Assembly: GCA_964612545.1 (NCBI GenBank)
Contig: CAZTBU010000007.1
Location: 248-64,247 of the forward strand
Reading direction: 5' to 3'
DNA from: an uncultured Clostridia bacterium
Lineage (GTDB): Bacteria; Bacillota; Clostridia; Christensenellales; Borkfalkiaceae
DNA length: 64,000 nt
A program made the position numbers and the translations under genes. The notes below the pieces were generated by a model that was given only the letters and a program-made list of their open reading frames with translations, did no database searches and was not told the origin of the DNA. Positions 15,377-24,378 of the stretch are shown here, in pieces. The stretch's first letter is position 1. Each line of letters begins with the position of its first letter.

Positions 15377-17524
15377 ATGGGTTTTATAAAGAAAGGGGCA
15401 GCGATAATGATGGGTGTTCTTTTCCTTTGCGCCGCCGCAGGGTGCTCTTCCGGGGGCGGAAGCGGCGCAGACGGCGGCAGTACTCCGCCTGCGGGCACGG
15501 ATCCCGCGGAGCCCGGCGGGGAATATGTCTACGGCGAGGAGCATTCCGACGCCTATGACGCCGCATATACGGAATCTTTGCTCGGCATGGGGGAGCAGGC
15601 ATTCACCCTGAGCCAACTCTCGGGGCTGGACTACTACCGCCGCGACAGGTTGCCCACGGGCGGCAATAAGGACGGAAAGTATGTCGGCATCTTCTATTTC
15701 CTTTGGCTCAACGAGGAAAACGGCTTGTACGACATCTCGAAACTCCTTGAAAAGTACGATCCGTCGGATACCGTCAAAAATCCGCTCTGGGCGATTCAGA
15801 AAGACGGCGCGGAAGAAGGGGAGAAAAACCAATATTACGACGAAACCGTCTCTCCCATGAAAGGTTTCCACTACTTCGAGGAGCCCCTGTACGGCTACTA
15901 CGCCTCGACGGATAAGTGGGTCATCATGCGGCATCTCGAACTTCTCACCTACGCGGGCGTCGACTTTCTCTATCTCGACTACACCAATGCCAACAGAGGG
16001 GACCCGGTTCCGGGGAACATCTATCCCGAGGCGACTTACGCCCTTCTCGACAGCATTCTGGAACTGCAACAGAAGGGGATTGACTGCCCGAAGATCGTGC
16101 CCATCGTCTGCAATCCCATGACGGGCGGCGACAACGGCGACGGCGACGAGCGGCGGGCGAGCGTCGTGGAATGGGTGTACGAGAACTACTACGCCAAGGA
16201 TAATTTCAAATACAAGTCCTGTTGGTTTACGGCGGACAAGACGCACAACCCCTCGGGCAAGCCTCTCCTTGTGACCTATACGATCAACAGGAAGGATTTC
16301 ACGAACAAGGACGCCTACGACGCCTTCTGGCTTCGCAAGGTGGTCTGGCCCAACCAGGTCAGCCCCGAGTCCTATCGGGACGGTTTCCCGTGGATGGACT
16401 ACGAGCTCCCGCAAAGGAATTACAACGGAATCATGAATGTCTCCGTGGCACAGCATACGGGCGCTTCATGGTCTTCGGAGGCATATTTGGCGCGGAGCAA
16501 GGGGAACGGCACCTACAGGTACCGCGGCAGAGGGGCAACCGCATCGCAGGTCTACGCAATGGAGACTGACGACGTCGAAAACGCGGCCTACGGCATCAAC
16601 TTCAACGACCAATGGCGGAATGCCATCAATGCGGAGGGGGAGGAAGAGCCGTGGATCGTCACGGTGACGGGCTGGAACGAGTGGGTTGCCCAAAAGCTCG
16701 ATCAGGGCTACGGATACGCATCTTTTATAGATACCTTCTCCATTGCCTTCTCCCGCGACGCGGAGATGATGCGCGACAAGGGCGGCTATTCGGACAATTT
16801 CTACATGCAGCTCGCCTCCAATATCGCGAAATTCAAGGCAAAGCCCTCGGCGCGCAATTCTGACGCTGCCATGTGGGAGAAAAAGACCCTTGCGATCGGC
16901 GACCTCTCCGCGTGGGAGGATGTGAAGAGCAAATATATCGATCTCTCGGGCGATGCGCTCATCCGCGATAAAGACAGCGTGGGGCACGTCTATCATTACT
17001 ATGACGACTCCGCGCGCAACGATATCGAGTATCTCAAATTTGCCAACGACAGCGAGAACCTGTATGTGCTCGTCAGCACCAAGGACCCCGTCACCGCCTA
17101 TACGGAGGGGGACGAATGCTGGATGAATCTGTATCTTTCCACCAAAAAGCGGGGCTGGCAGGGATACGACTTCGTGATCAACCGCTCGCCCGACGGAAGG
17201 ACGACCTCCATCGAGGCGCTCTCCGAGGACGAAGACGGAAACATCGTTGCCACGAAGCTCGGCGCGCGTGCGGAATATATGGTCAAGGATAACTATATCG
17301 CCTTTTCCATTCCGCTTGCGGCGCTCGGCGTCACATCCAGGGACGTCATCGGTATCAAGGCGTGCGACAATATCTTCTCCGTCAGGCGTACGGAGGGGGA
17401 CGGGGAAACGCCCGGCAACGACGGCGTGGGCGTATACCGTTTCGGCGACATCGAGGCGTTCTATTGCGGAGGTGACTGCGCGCCCATCGGAAGGCTCAAC
17501 TTTGCATACAGGTTGGGATATTGA
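15377..17524 (+). CDS. Lipoprotein, putative glycoside hydrolase, paralog 2 of 13487-15373
   Basis: Lipobox LFLCAAAGC. The same motif series appears in the same order: VGIFYFLWL, HYFEEPLYGYYASTDKWVIMRHLELLTYAGVDFLYLDYTN, VTGWNEWVAQ, FSRDAEMMRDKGGY and GGDCAPIGRLNFAYRL. Starts 4 nt after paralog 1. Confidence 0.6.
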   Translation: MGFIKKGAAIMMGVLFLCAAAGCSSGGGSGADGGSTPPAGTDPAEPGGEYVYGEEHSDAYDAAYTESLLGMGEQAFTLSQLSGLDYYRRDRLPTGGNKDGKYVGIFYFLWLNEENGLYDISKLLEKYDPSDTVKNPLWAIQKDGAEEGEKNQYYDETVSPMKGFHYFEEPLYGYYASTDKWVIMRHLELLTYAGVDFLYLDYTNANRGDPVPGNIYPEATYALLDSILELQQKGIDCPKIVPIVCNPMTGGDNGDGDERRASVVEWVYENYYAKDNFKYKSCWFTADKTHNPSGKPLLVTYTINRKDFTNKDAYDAFWLRKVVWPNQVSPESYRDGFPWMDYELPQRNYNGIMNVSVAQHTGASWSSEAYLARSKGNGTYRYRGRGATASQVYAMETDDVENAAYGINFNDQWRNAINAEGEEEPWIVTVTGWNEWVAQKLDQGYGYASFIDTFSIAFSRDAEMMRDKGGYSDNFYMQLASNIAKFKAKPSARNSDAAMWEKKTLAIGDLSAWEDVKSKYIDLSGDALIRDKDSVGHVYHYYDDSARNDIEYLKFANDSENLYVLVSTKDPVTAYTEGDECWMNLYLSTKKRGWQGYDFVINRSPDGRTTSIEALSEDEDGNIVATKLGARAEYMVKDNYIAFSIPLAALGVTSRDVIGIKACDNIFSVRRTEGDGETPGNDGVGVYRFGDIEAFYCGGDCAPIGRLNFAYRLGY

Positions 17525-17602
17525 TCCGGGGGGAGACGATCGCCCCTTGCGGGGCGGCACGGCAAAGTATAAAAACCAGGAAAATTTTAAGGAGGAAACC
17601 TT

Positions 17603-20600
17603 ATGATAATGACAAAGAAACTCAAAGTTACATGCGCGTCGTTGCTTGCGGTGTGCTGTGCCGGCACCTCGGCGGCGGGTTTAGCGCTCACCAAAGGCAG
17701 GACGGCAAGCGCCGCCTCCGCCGACGACAGCTGGATCGGGGTGCCGGGGCAGTCCGCCGCCTTGGTCGGAGATGAAGTTCTCACCCTCTCCGCGAACGCG
17801 GCAATCACAAATAAGGGCGTGGACATTACCAAACTTCCCGGTAGCACGGGCGTGTTCTACATGTACTATACAAGTTCCATACAGTGGAGCGGCTTTTCGC
17901 TCCGCAACGGCAACGAAGCTTGCGGCTACTCATGGAATATGTCGAACGTCGATGCGACTAGCTTCCCTTGGCACTCCGTGTGCTTCGAAGGACAGAACAA
18001 CCACATGATTTTAAACGATACCCGTACGTTTACCGGCGACGGGAGCGGCACACACGGCGGCATCAACGGCACCGGCGGGGAAAACTTTCTGAGTGGCATG
18101 GTGCCCGTCGAGATCCATCTCGGCCAAGGCACCTCGGCGGGCGATGCATCCTACATTAAAATCGGCGGCACGGAACTCATCCATGAGTCATCGGAAAACC
18201 TCTCCGTGACGCAGGTGCATTCCCGCACGGATACGGGAACCAGCAAGGAGCTCGTCTCCTCCGCGTTTGCGCAGGGCGCGTACCTTTCGGTCAACTGGAA
18301 TGGCTCCGGAACCGACCCCCTGTTTGCGATCACCGAGCCGGGGTCCGTCCTTGCGCTCAATCCCTCTATGGACGCGACAGAGCAAAACCAACAACGCTCG
18401 GGTAACTTTAACAAAGATCTTACCATGGACCTTTCTTCGGCGGCGGACGTATTTACGGACGGCTGCAAAGTCACGATGAAGGTCAACGGCAAGGAAATCT
18501 CCGGTGTAGAGGTGAAGCTCGACAAGACGGATTCAAAGACAGCAAAACTCACCGTTACCAAGGAAAACCTCAACAAGATTCCCGAGGATGATTTGGCTTC
18601 CGTAAGTTTTATCACTTTCTCCTTCACGAACGACGATAAGGACTACGGCGACGTTGCGGTTGCGCTGAACATCGTCTTCGAGGATCCGCCCGTGCTCGAC
18701 AGCGACGAGATTGCCCTCGAGAGCGTGAAAGACTTCTCCGTCTCCTTCGAATACAGCGGCAAAGCGGATCCTCTCACGGAGACGAAGGTAAGCTATCAGC
18801 CCGTCCCCTCCGCGGCCGAGACGGAACTCACCTCCACCGATGATTTTTCGGTCAAAAAGGATGAAACGAGTGGCAAATACACCATCAACGTCACACAGAC
18901 GGGCGCGGAAAAGATCTTTGACGGCCACACTTCCGCCATTCTCACGATCCGGCTCAGGGTGCACAAACTGCGCGTGACGGCTTACGTACAGGGTTCTTCC
19001 GACGAGTTCGGCATCCGTTTCCGCGCTGGTATCGACTATGCCGATGGATCGTTAAAGCAGGACGGGTTCTACTCCTCTGCCACGATCAAGAAGCATAATC
19101 CCCAGACCCTTTCCTCGCGTGTCTTCTACGAGAACAGCGTGGACGTCACCAAGCCCATCTTTTTGGAATATTCCACGCTCGATGAGAGCGTAGAGTGGAT
19201 GCTCGTTTCCCTCATGGATACGCCCGCCATTTCCGAATATTTCAGCAACGATACCGGACCCGATCAGGGCAATGTATTCTCCTTCATTATGTTCGGAAAT
19301 GGTAAATCCCAAATACAGGGCATGAACGGCGCCTTTACGAACGGCAATACGGCAGAATTTAAGCAGAATACGAACATGAAGAACAACGTCGTCGAGATTT
19401 CCCTCGGCGCCGAGAAGGCCTCGGACGGCTATGTCAAGGTCAACGGCGAGCAAATCAGCCGCGAGCTTGCCAAATCCCAAAAAGATTTCAAGAATGGCAA
19501 GGCATGGGTCGGCCTGTTCTTCAATAACCAGACGAACTTCGACTTCACAGTCAACACGCATGTCAACGCGGTTGCAATCGGTTCGCCGCAGGAAGACAGC
19601 GCATACAAGATGGACCTCGGCAAGGCGGCCGATTTCACGCTCGAGCTTTCCAACACGAGCGGCAATCTCAAACTCACCGACGAGAGCGGCAGCGAGATTC
19701 CTTCCTCGCAGTTCACTTATGACAACGGCACGCTTACGATAAAGGCGGAATACTTCGCGGGCAGGAGCTATTCGAAGGAAGGGCAGATCTTCATCTGGGA
19801 CAACGACAATCAGACGGGAACCGCCTTCAGAATGTCGTATACAGACAGCGACATGGGCGCCGTCCAGATCGCCTTCGCCACCAAGGGAGCCCTTGGGGAC
19901 GTCACGTTTGACTTCGGCGTCAAAGAGGTCAGCAGGATCGAATCGTCCGAAGGGACCGTTCCTTCCGAAAATTATACGGTCAGGGACGGAAAGCTCGTCC
20001 TCTTGAAAGCGGCTTTGAAGGACGAAGCGGGCGTACAGCAGTTCCTTGTGACGGCAGACGGCACAGTCTATCCCTGCTACGTCTATGTGGACGAATTCAA
20101 GGACGGCTTAGTCCTTTCGGGCGGCGCGGCCGCAACGGGGAACGGATTTACCCTTACGGGAAATGACGGCAAGGCAACGCAGGCACGGGTTTACAACCTC
20201 TCCGAAGGCTTCAGGCTCGGCTTCAACTTCAAATCGATCGACACCTACCACGAGAGGGGCGTCAACGAAGCGGCAACGAGTGTAACCCTGAGATTCTTCG
20301 ACCCCATGAGCGGCAATACGCTTGTCATCTCCGTCTATGCCAATTTCCCCGACGACAGAATCAGCAGCAGTATGGCGGCGCTCTACCTCTCCGCCGGCCT
20401 CTATGACGCGGACGGCGGGAAGGTTGCGGATGGCGTAGACAGGCCCATCGCGCCCAGCGACGGAAATAACAGCGCGTCCGGGGAGCACAACATCGAACTC
20501 GCGGTAAATGACGGCAAGATCAGGCTCACCGTTGCGGGCCGTCCCTATGATTTTACTTTCCAGGAATTCAACATGAATGCCGTCATCTTCTCGATCACGG

Positions 20601-20842
20601 CGGAGCATGCAACGTCCGGATCTTCCACGGAAACCGTTCTCGGCGGCTACAACATATCCGATCCGTCCAATCCCGGCGGCGGAGACCAGCCCGGAGACCA
20701 GCCCGGAGAGCCGTCCGAGCCCGGCGAAGCGGATAACGGTTGCGGCAGCGTCATCGGCGGCACGGGTATCGCCCTCGCGGTCATCGCGGTCCTCGGGGCG
20801 GCGGTTGCCGTGATCTTCGCGGCGAAGAAGAAAGAGAAATAA
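17603..20842 (+). CDS. Large secreted surface protein (1079 aa) with a C-terminal Cys-Gly/TM/basic anchor
   Basis: AAGGAGGA RBS. SPase-I-type signal (ASAASADD). No recognisable catalytic motif. C-terminus PGGGDQPGDQPGEPSEPGEADNGCGSVIGGTGIALAVIAVLGAAVAVIFAAKKKEK. Confidence 0.85.
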   Translation: MIMTKKLKVTCASLLAVCCAGTSAAGLALTKGRTASAASADDSWIGVPGQSAALVGDEVLTLSANAAITNKGVDITKLPGSTGVFYMYYTSSIQWSGFSLRNGNEACGYSWNMSNVDATSFPWHSVCFEGQNNHMILNDTRTFTGDGSGTHGGINGTGGENFLSGMVPVEIHLGQGTSAGDASYIKIGGTELIHESSENLSVTQVHSRTDTGTSKELVSSAFAQGAYLSVNWNGSGTDPLFAITEPGSVLALNPSMDATEQNQQRSGNFNKDLTMDLSSAADVFTDGCKVTMKVNGKEISGVEVKLDKTDSKTAKLTVTKENLNKIPEDDLASVSFITFSFTNDDKDYGDVAVALNIVFEDPPVLDSDEIALESVKDFSVSFEYSGKADPLTETKVSYQPVPSAAETELTSTDDFSVKKDETSGKYTINVTQTGAEKIFDGHTSAILTIRLRVHKLRVTAYVQGSSDEFGIRFRAGIDYADGSLKQDGFYSSATIKKHNPQTLSSRVFYENSVDVTKPIFLEYSTLDESVEWMLVSLMDTPAISEYFSNDTGPDQGNVFSFIMFGNGKSQIQGMNGAFTNGNTAEFKQNTNMKNNVVEISLGAEKASDGYVKVNGEQISRELAKSQKDFKNGKAWVGLFFNNQTNFDFTVNTHVNAVAIGSPQEDSAYKMDLGKAADFTLELSNTSGNLKLTDESGSEIPSSQFTYDNGTLTIKAEYFAGRSYSKEGQIFIWDNDNQTGTAFRMSYTDSDMGAVQIAFATKGALGDVTFDFGVKEVSRIESSEGTVPSENYTVRDGKLVLLKAALKDEAGVQQFLVTADGTVYPCYVYVDEFKDGLVLSGGAAATGNGFTLTGNDGKATQARVYNLSEGFRLGFNFKSIDTYHERGVNEAATSVTLRFFDPMSGNTLVISVYANFPDDRISSSMAALYLSAGLYDADGGKVADGVDRPIAPSDGNNSASGEHNIELAVNDGKIRLTVAGRPYDFTFQEFNMNAVIFSITAEHATSGSSTETVLGGYNISDPSNPGGGDQPGDQPGEPSEPGEADNGCGSVIGGTGIALAVIAVLGAAVAVIFAAKKKEK
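20711..20824 (+). repeat. 114-nt C-terminal cassette, ~96% identical to 31080-31193
   Basis: Direct alignment gives 5 mismatches in 114 nt. It covers the PSEPGEADNGCGSVIGG...AVAVI tail, while the rest of the two proteins is not visibly similar. Confidence 0.9.
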
Positions 20843-20992
20843 TCCGCAACCGAAGGCAGGCGGGGGCCCGCCAAGGGCCTCCGCCCCCCTCGGGCGGCGG
20901 TTGCAGGCAGACATGGTTGAAAGCCGTTTATAACCGCCTCTCTTCCCGTGCGGAAAACGGAAACCATCCTATGGTAAATTCGGAGGAATTCA

Positions 20993-23488
20993 ATGAAAAA
21001 AACCAGATTGCACATCTGTATCTTTACGGCAGGCCTGCTCGCGGCGCTCTTTCTGCTTTGCGGTTTTGTTTTGATGAAGCCCGCAAGCGTCTTTGCGGCG
21101 GAGAGCAACACGGTCTCTTCCTATTGCCCGCAGGGCTCGGCCAATGTTTCGCTCAATAAGCCCGTCAAGGCGTCTTCTTCCTATGAGAAGATGGATGAGG
21201 GATGGGCGGCGGCCTTCCTTACGGACGGCATGATCGGCACTCCCGGCGTTCAGCCCCCGAACGGCTGGTCGACAGAGCCGAACGAAACGACGGACCCGAA
21301 TAAGGTTGCATGGGCCTCCGTCGATTTGCAGGCAGAGTGTACACTTTCCCGTATCGTTCTCTTTCCGCGCAACGATCATGCCGATAACTACGGCGAGTGT
21401 TTCCCCGTAGACTTCGAGCTCCAGGTCTCCTCCACGGGAAAGGATAACTCGTGGGAGACCGTCAAAAAATTCGAAGATTTTCAAAAACCTACGCAGCCTC
21501 TGACCGTGGACTTCGAAGAAAATGTGCCGTCGGCAAGCTATGTGCGCCTGTATGTGACGGAGCGCATAGGCGCCGACAACTTTACGGGCGGAACGGGAGG
21601 CAACGACGGCAAACTCGTGCAGATTTCCGAAATGGCCGTTTTCGGCAACGTATCCCACGCAACCCTTTCGCTCAATAAAACAGCGCTCAAACTCAAAGTC
21701 GGCGCGGTTGACAGGATAACGCCGTCGGGGATCGGCGCGTCGGAGCTTATCTGGAAGAGCGACGATGAAGCCGTCGCTTCCGTCTCCCCCGAAGGCGTCA
21801 TCACGGCAAAGAGCGTCGGCAATACGATGGTGCGTGTCAGCGGCGAAGGGTTCGGCGAGCAGACGGTCTCCGTCTCCGTCGTGGAGAAAAAGTTCGATTT
21901 CGACGAAAACATTACGATTTCCGTCTTTTGGCTCCCCACAAAGACTTACCTCGAAGGGGGAGTGGGAGACGAGAGATGGGATGAACAGTTCAAGCTCCTT
22001 GCGGATGCGGACGTTGATTGGCTTGCCCATGTCACGGACAACGAGAATTCCGGCATGCTTCTTACCTCGAAGGAAGACAATCTCAAGGCCGCGGAGTATG
22101 CCGATAAATACGGAATGTATCTCACCGTGGCGGACACCCGTTTCGGGCAGAATCTTCTCAACATGGATGACGGGGCCATTGCCTCTCTCATCGAGGAATA
22201 CCGGAATGTTCCCGGCGTCGGCGGTTACTATATCTGGGACGAACCCGCGCCCACCGCAGATCTTTCGCCCTACGCCCGCGTGTATGCGGCGATGAAGCAA
22301 ACCGATCCCGACGCATATGCACATCTGAACTTCCTTCCCATGTATGCCTATCAGGGCGGGGAGGAGGCCTACCGCAAGCACGTCTCGTCATGGCTGGACG
22401 CGACCCAAGCGAAGGGCGTTCCGCAGGACTATATCATGTACGATTACTATCCGTACACGGGATTCGGCGAGGGTATGGACCGCGAAAACTTCTTCTCCCA
22501 CCTTGACGCAATGCGCAGGATCGGGCTGGATTACGGCGTCAAAACGGCGACTTATCTGCAATCCAACGGCAGTGACAGCAAGCGCTGCCCGTCCCCGTCG
22601 GAGATCCGCTATCAGGCGATGGCTTCCCTCGCCTACGGCTATAAACAGCTTTCCTACTTCACTTGGTTCCTTCCCACAAACCGCTCCGAGACTTTCCACG
22701 ACGCTATCGTCAGCGATAAGGGCGTTCCCAATGCCGTAACGTACGATGCGGTCTCCAAGCTTAACAGGGAGATCCACAACCTCGGCGCAACGCTTGCGAA
22801 ATTAGACAGCGTGGAAGTCTATCTCAACGGCCCTCTGTACGGCGGGCAGCTCCCCGTTCCCGACGATTTCGTATTCCAGAGCATGGACGACGTATCTTAC
22901 ACGGTCTCTTTGATGAAGGATAAGATCACGGGCCGTAACTATGTGATGTTGGTCAATAACGATTTTACGGACCCGATGGAGACGAGCGTGTTTTTCGGCA
23001 GCGGGCTCCGCTCCCTGCAACAGGTCAGCCCCGAAGACGGCCGTCTCAAGGATGTTGCCCTGCCGGGGGACGGTACGCTTACTATTTCGCTCGAAGCGGG
23101 CGACGCCGTTCTCTACGCCCTCCCCGAAGGGATGGATTTCACGGCAGAGCAGACGGTAGACAGGACCGCCGCGGATGAAATTCTGGCAAGGGCAGAGAGC
23201 GAGAGGGGAGGCATTTCCGCAAACGATGCCGCGCTGCTCGATGAAGCCGTCGGAGAACTCAGGGAGGCCCTCGGCAACGTTTATACGACGCAGGCCAGAC
23301 TCGACGAACTTACGGAAAAAGTGAAAAATATTCTCGATAACGCCGAAAAAGTACCCCCCGAAGAGCCTGCGGAAGAAAAGAAGGGGTGCGGCGGCATGAT
23401 CGGCGCGGCGGCGGGCGGAGGAATTTCCCTTGCCCTTCTCCTCGCGGCACTTCTCCTTGTGAAAAAGAAAAAGAAAAAGAGAGAATAA
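20993..23488 (+). CDS. Secreted multidomain glycosidase-like protein: F5/8 type C (discoidin) + Big_2 + TIM-barrel-like domain + helical stalk + C-terminal Cys-Gly/TM/poly-Lys anchor
   Basis: GGAGGA RBS and signal peptide (VFAAES). NKPVKASSSYE...WASVDLQAECTLSRIVLFPRND...FELQVSSTG is discoidin-like. LKLKVGAVDRI...WKSDDEAVASVSPEGVITAKSVGNTMVRVSG is Big_2-like. GGYYIWDEP is a glycosidase-like strand. Tail KKGCGGMIGAAAGGGISLALLLAALLLVKKKKKKRE. Confidence 0.8.
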   Translation: MKKTRLHICIFTAGLLAALFLLCGFVLMKPASVFAAESNTVSSYCPQGSANVSLNKPVKASSSYEKMDEGWAAAFLTDGMIGTPGVQPPNGWSTEPNETTDPNKVAWASVDLQAECTLSRIVLFPRNDHADNYGECFPVDFELQVSSTGKDNSWETVKKFEDFQKPTQPLTVDFEENVPSASYVRLYVTERIGADNFTGGTGGNDGKLVQISEMAVFGNVSHATLSLNKTALKLKVGAVDRITPSGIGASELIWKSDDEAVASVSPEGVITAKSVGNTMVRVSGEGFGEQTVSVSVVEKKFDFDENITISVFWLPTKTYLEGGVGDERWDEQFKLLADADVDWLAHVTDNENSGMLLTSKEDNLKAAEYADKYGMYLTVADTRFGQNLLNMDDGAIASLIEEYRNVPGVGGYYIWDEPAPTADLSPYARVYAAMKQTDPDAYAHLNFLPMYAYQGGEEAYRKHVSSWLDATQAKGVPQDYIMYDYYPYTGFGEGMDRENFFSHLDAMRRIGLDYGVKTATYLQSNGSDSKRCPSPSEIRYQAMASLAYGYKQLSYFTWFLPTNRSETFHDAIVSDKGVPNAVTYDAVSKLNREIHNLGATLAKLDSVEVYLNGPLYGGQLPVPDDFVFQSMDDVSYTVSLMKDKITGRNYVMLVNNDFTDPMETSVFFGSGLRSLQQVSPEDGRLKDVALPGDGTLTISLEAGDAVLYALPEGMDFTAEQTVDRTAADEILARAESERGGISANDAALLDEAVGELREALGNVYTTQARLDELTEKVKNILDNAEKVPPEEPAEEKKGCGGMIGAAAGGGISLALLLAALLLVKKKKKKRE

Positions 23489-23521
23489 TTTCTCTCTTGC
23501 GCCGTAAACGGGGCAACCCGC

Positions 23522-24265
23522 CTATACGATGACCGGCAATTCCTTCAGCGCCTCGCGGCGGGATTCGGATAACTTGTCGAAGATAAGCATGTCGAACGCC
23601 GTGAGGGGCTCCAGAAGGTATGTCCCCGATTGATCGAACTTGCTTTGATCGGCAACGAGCACGCGGAAAACGGAATACCGAAACACCGTACGCTTGATCT
23701 CCCTTTGGTCGAGAGAGGACTCGTAGGTACCCGTATTGTCGATGGCGGAGCAGGATGTCAGCATGAGGTCGAAATGGAATTCGGACATCAGCTTTGTCGT
23801 CCAGCTTCCCGAAATGGAATACCCGTGCGGCGAGACCGTTCCGCCGGGGATGATGAGGTTGATCCCGCGGATGTGCGATAGCACCGCAACCGCCTGCAGG
23901 GAATTGGTGATGACCGTCTTTTCCGCAAGGTTCATCTGCTGTGCTACGGCGAGCACGGTGGAGGAGTTGTCCAAAAACACCGTCTTGAAGTCGGCGGGGA
24001 TGTGCTCGATGGCCTTCTTTGCGATCTGTGCCTTCGGTTCCGCGTTCTCCGTCATACGCACGAGAATGGAAACCTCGTCGGCGGCTTCCAGCAGCACGGC
24101 GCCTCCGTGGCTTCTGCGGAGGAGCCCGAGGTCCTGCAGGTCGTTGAGATCGCGGCGTATCGTCGCCTCGCTTGCGTAAAGTTTTTTCGCAAGCTCGCCG
24201 ACGGTTGCCGAGCCCTGTTTTCTCAGGAGAGAAAGAATTTCGTTTTTTCTTGCGTCATTCAGCAT
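23522..24265 (-). CDS. DeoR-family transcriptional regulator (likely rhamnose locus regulator)
   Basis: MLNDARKNEILSLLRKQGSATVGELAKKLYASEATIRRDLNDLQDLGLLRRSHGGAV is the DeoR HTH. C-terminal sugar-phosphate-binding (DeoR_C) pattern. Divergent from rhaBAD. Confidence 0.9.
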   Translation of the reverse strand: MLNDARKNEILSLLRKQGSATVGELAKKLYASEATIRRDLNDLQDLGLLRRSHGGAVLLEAADEVSILVRMTENAEPKAQIAKKAIEHIPADFKTVFLDNSSTVLAVAQQMNLAEKTVITNSLQAVAVLSHIRGINLIIPGGTVSPHGYSISGSWTTKLMSEFHFDLMLTSCSAIDNTGTYESSLDQREIKRTVFRYSVFRVLVADQSKFDQSGTYLLEPLTAFDMLIFDKLSESRREALKELPVIV

Positions 24266-24331
24266 ATTTCACTTCCGAATTTGCTCATATTGTAGCATAA
24301 TTTTGAAGTTTTGTCAAGATTTCGAGCATAT

Positions 24332-24360
24332 ATGGACAATATTTTTATTCTATGGTATCA
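24332..24360 (+). promoter_or_regulatory. Candidate promoter of rhaBAD
   Basis: TGGACA (24332-24337), 17-nt spacer, extended -10 TGgTATCAT (24352-24360). Lies ~20 nt upstream of the rhaB ATG in the divergent intergenic region. Confidence 0.4.
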
Positions 24361-24378
24361 TAATTGCGAGGTGGGAAC

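Noticed and set aside
20843-20992. GC-rich self-complementary region after the 1079-aa gene (GCAACCG...CGGTTGC enclosing GGCGG/CCGCC stems), considered as a terminator or structured RNA
   Set aside because: The stems are short or imperfect and there is no U-tract. I could not draw a single convincing structure by eye, so it is left unannotated.
24364-24378. Upstream alternative starts of tracked ORFs (24364 for rhaB, 26882 for rhaD, 27777 for the surface protein, 31379 for the GH106-like gene)
   Set aside because: Internal ATGs (24379, 26972, 27843, 31457) are preceded by proper Shine-Dalgarno sequences. They also align with family N-termini or signal peptides. The extensions overlap upstream genes or repeat units.
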